Shown: positions 35,336 to 36,350 of the stretch, one piece after another | How positions within the stretch are numbered: the first letter of the stretch is position 1 | Layout of the letters: every line of letters starts with the position of its first letter | Source of the DNA: a virus | DNA length: 36,350 nucleotides | Direction: 5' to 3' (one strand) | Virus genome (UHGV): UHGV-0207457 | Notes under the pieces: generated by a model | Seen by the model: only the letters and a program-made list of their open reading frames with translations | Told to the model about the DNA's origin: nothing | Databases searched by the model: none | Program-made: the position numbers and the translations under genes

Positions 35336-35339
35336 TGTT

Positions 35340-35365
35340 GTACCCCCTCGTGTTATTGTGGGTAC
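35340..35365. promoter_or_regulatory. Inverted repeat GTACCC-N14-GGGTAC covering the RBS of the 90-aa gene, at the AT-rich to GC-rich transition; candidate translational-control hairpin or att-associated sequence
   Basis: Seen directly in sequence; on the mRNA the GGGGGUAC of the Shine-Dalgarno can pair with the upstream GUACCC. Confidence 0.3.
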
Positions 35366-35410
35366 ATGATATTTGGCAAACCTAAACAGGAGATTACTCG
35401 CCTATTTAAC

Positions 35411-35445
<35 letters not shown>

Positions 35446-35569
35446 TGCGGCAAAGGCGCTTGGCAAAGAGTTATCGCTGGTGATGGTTTAATTACAGTTA
35501 ACGAAAAGTTGTCATTTTTAACAACTGATATAGACTGCCGAATCATCTGCACATAATTACGATTCGATA

Positions 35570-36350
35570 ATGAAAAAATACCAGCAGCTTGCAGAACAAT
35601 TACGCGAGCAGATTGCGTCGGGTATCTGGCAACCCGGCGATCGTTTGCCTTCGTTGCGTGACCAGGTGGCGCTTTCAGGCATGAGCTTTATGACTGTCAG
35701 CCATGCCTATCAGTTGCTCGAAAGTCAGGGATATATTATCGCACGACCGCAGTCGGGTTATTACGTTGCGCCACAGGCAATAAAAATGCCGAAAGCGCCA
35801 GTCATTCCAGTCACTCGAGATGAAGCAGTCGATATCAACACTTATATTTTTGATATGTTGCAGGCCAGTCGCGATCCGTCGGTCGTTCCGTTTGCCTCGG
35901 CCTTTCCCGACCCGCGACTTTTCCCCCTCCAACAACTAAACCGCTCGCTGGCGCAGGTAAGCAAAACCGCCACGGCGATGAGCGTGATTGAAAACTTACC
36001 GCCAGGAAACGCAGAACTGCGTCAGGCTATTGCTCGTCGCTATGCCTTACAGGGCATCACCATTTCTCCTGATGAAATTGTCATTACTGCCGGGGCGTTA
36101 GAGGCATTAAACCTCAGTTTGCAAGCGGTAACTGAACCGGGCGATTGGGTGATAGTAGAGAATCCTTGTTTCTATGGCGCGTTGCAGGCGCTGGAACGGC
36201 TACGGCTGAAAGCGTTATCGGTGGCGACGGATGTTAAAGAAGGGATAGATCTTCAGGCGTTGGAACTGGCGTTGCAGGAGTATCCGGTGAAAGCGTGCTG
36301 GCTGATGACTAATAGCCAGAATCCACTCGGATTTACCTTAACGCCGCAAA
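35570..36350 (+). CDS. yjiR: Host MocR/GntR-family regulator (N-terminal HTH plus start of the aminotransferase-like domain), YjiR-like; runs off the right edge
   Basis: ATG at 35570; MKKYQQLAEQLREQIASGIWQPGDRLPSLRDQVALSGMSFMTVSHAYQLLESQGYIIARPQSGYYVA is a typical MocR N-terminus and matches my recollection of E. coli YjiR; GC content is clearly higher than the prophage. Confidence 0.6.
   Translation, partial: MKKYQQLAEQLREQIASGIWQPGDRLPSLRDQVALSGMSFMTVSHAYQLLESQGYIIARPQSGYYVAPQAIKMPKAPVIPVTRDEAVDINTYIFDMLQASRDPSVVPFASAFPDPRLFPLQQLNRSLAQVSKTATAMSVIENLPPGNAELRQAIARRYALQGITISPDEIVITAGALEALNLSLQAVTEPGDWVIVENPCFYGALQALERLRLKALSVATDVKEGIDLQALELALQEYPVKACWLMTNSQNPLGFTLTPQ

Noticed and set aside
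35675-35935. 86-aa - strand ORF inside the yjiR-like gene
   Set aside because: Antisense to a recognisable MocR-type regulator frame.

Overview
Almost the whole window (about 1-35,340) is the late/right-hand part of an integrated temperate siphovirus-type prophage; the last ~800 bp (35,570 onward) are GC-richer host DNA encoding the N-terminus of a MocR/GntR-type regulator that I recognise as yjiR-like (enterobacterial, probably E. coli). The prophage has a lambda-like morphogenetic module on the + strand: gpA-type large terminase, portal, a fused prohead protease-scaffold-major capsid protein, head-tail joining proteins, a T4 gp37/lambda Stf-like side tail fibre with a C-terminal intramolecular chaperone, gpV-like tube protein, G/T chaperones, tape measure, and M/L/K/I-J tip proteins whose J C-terminus resembles lambda J. 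After J come membrane proteins, a peptidase M15-type endolysin, a large serine recombinase on the - strand, and a small AT-rich cargo island abutting the host junction. Upstream of the terminase (1-8,200) is a mixed regulatory block: a Nu1-like small terminase candidate, a Rha-type antirepressor, small Fis-type HTH proteins, a secreted DUF1311 protein, and a 1.2 kb ORF-free region carrying palindromic operators, a phased array of at least 8 ACCTACAC(T) iterons and tandem UUCG-loop hairpins. The most striking observation is that the major capsid and major tail tube genes are the only genes in the window ending in TGA (every other stop I checked is TAA); each is followed in frame by an open 41-42 codon extension with a conserved basic C-terminus (VTAKATAK + Lys/Arg) and a shared 20-nt identical core and terminator, suggesting programmed UGA readthrough. 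All assignments come from reading the sequence and recalled family motifs; no database search was run. Note that the supplied ORF track appears to treat GTG/TTG as starts, so several starts were moved to the nearest ATG with a Shine-Dalgarno.
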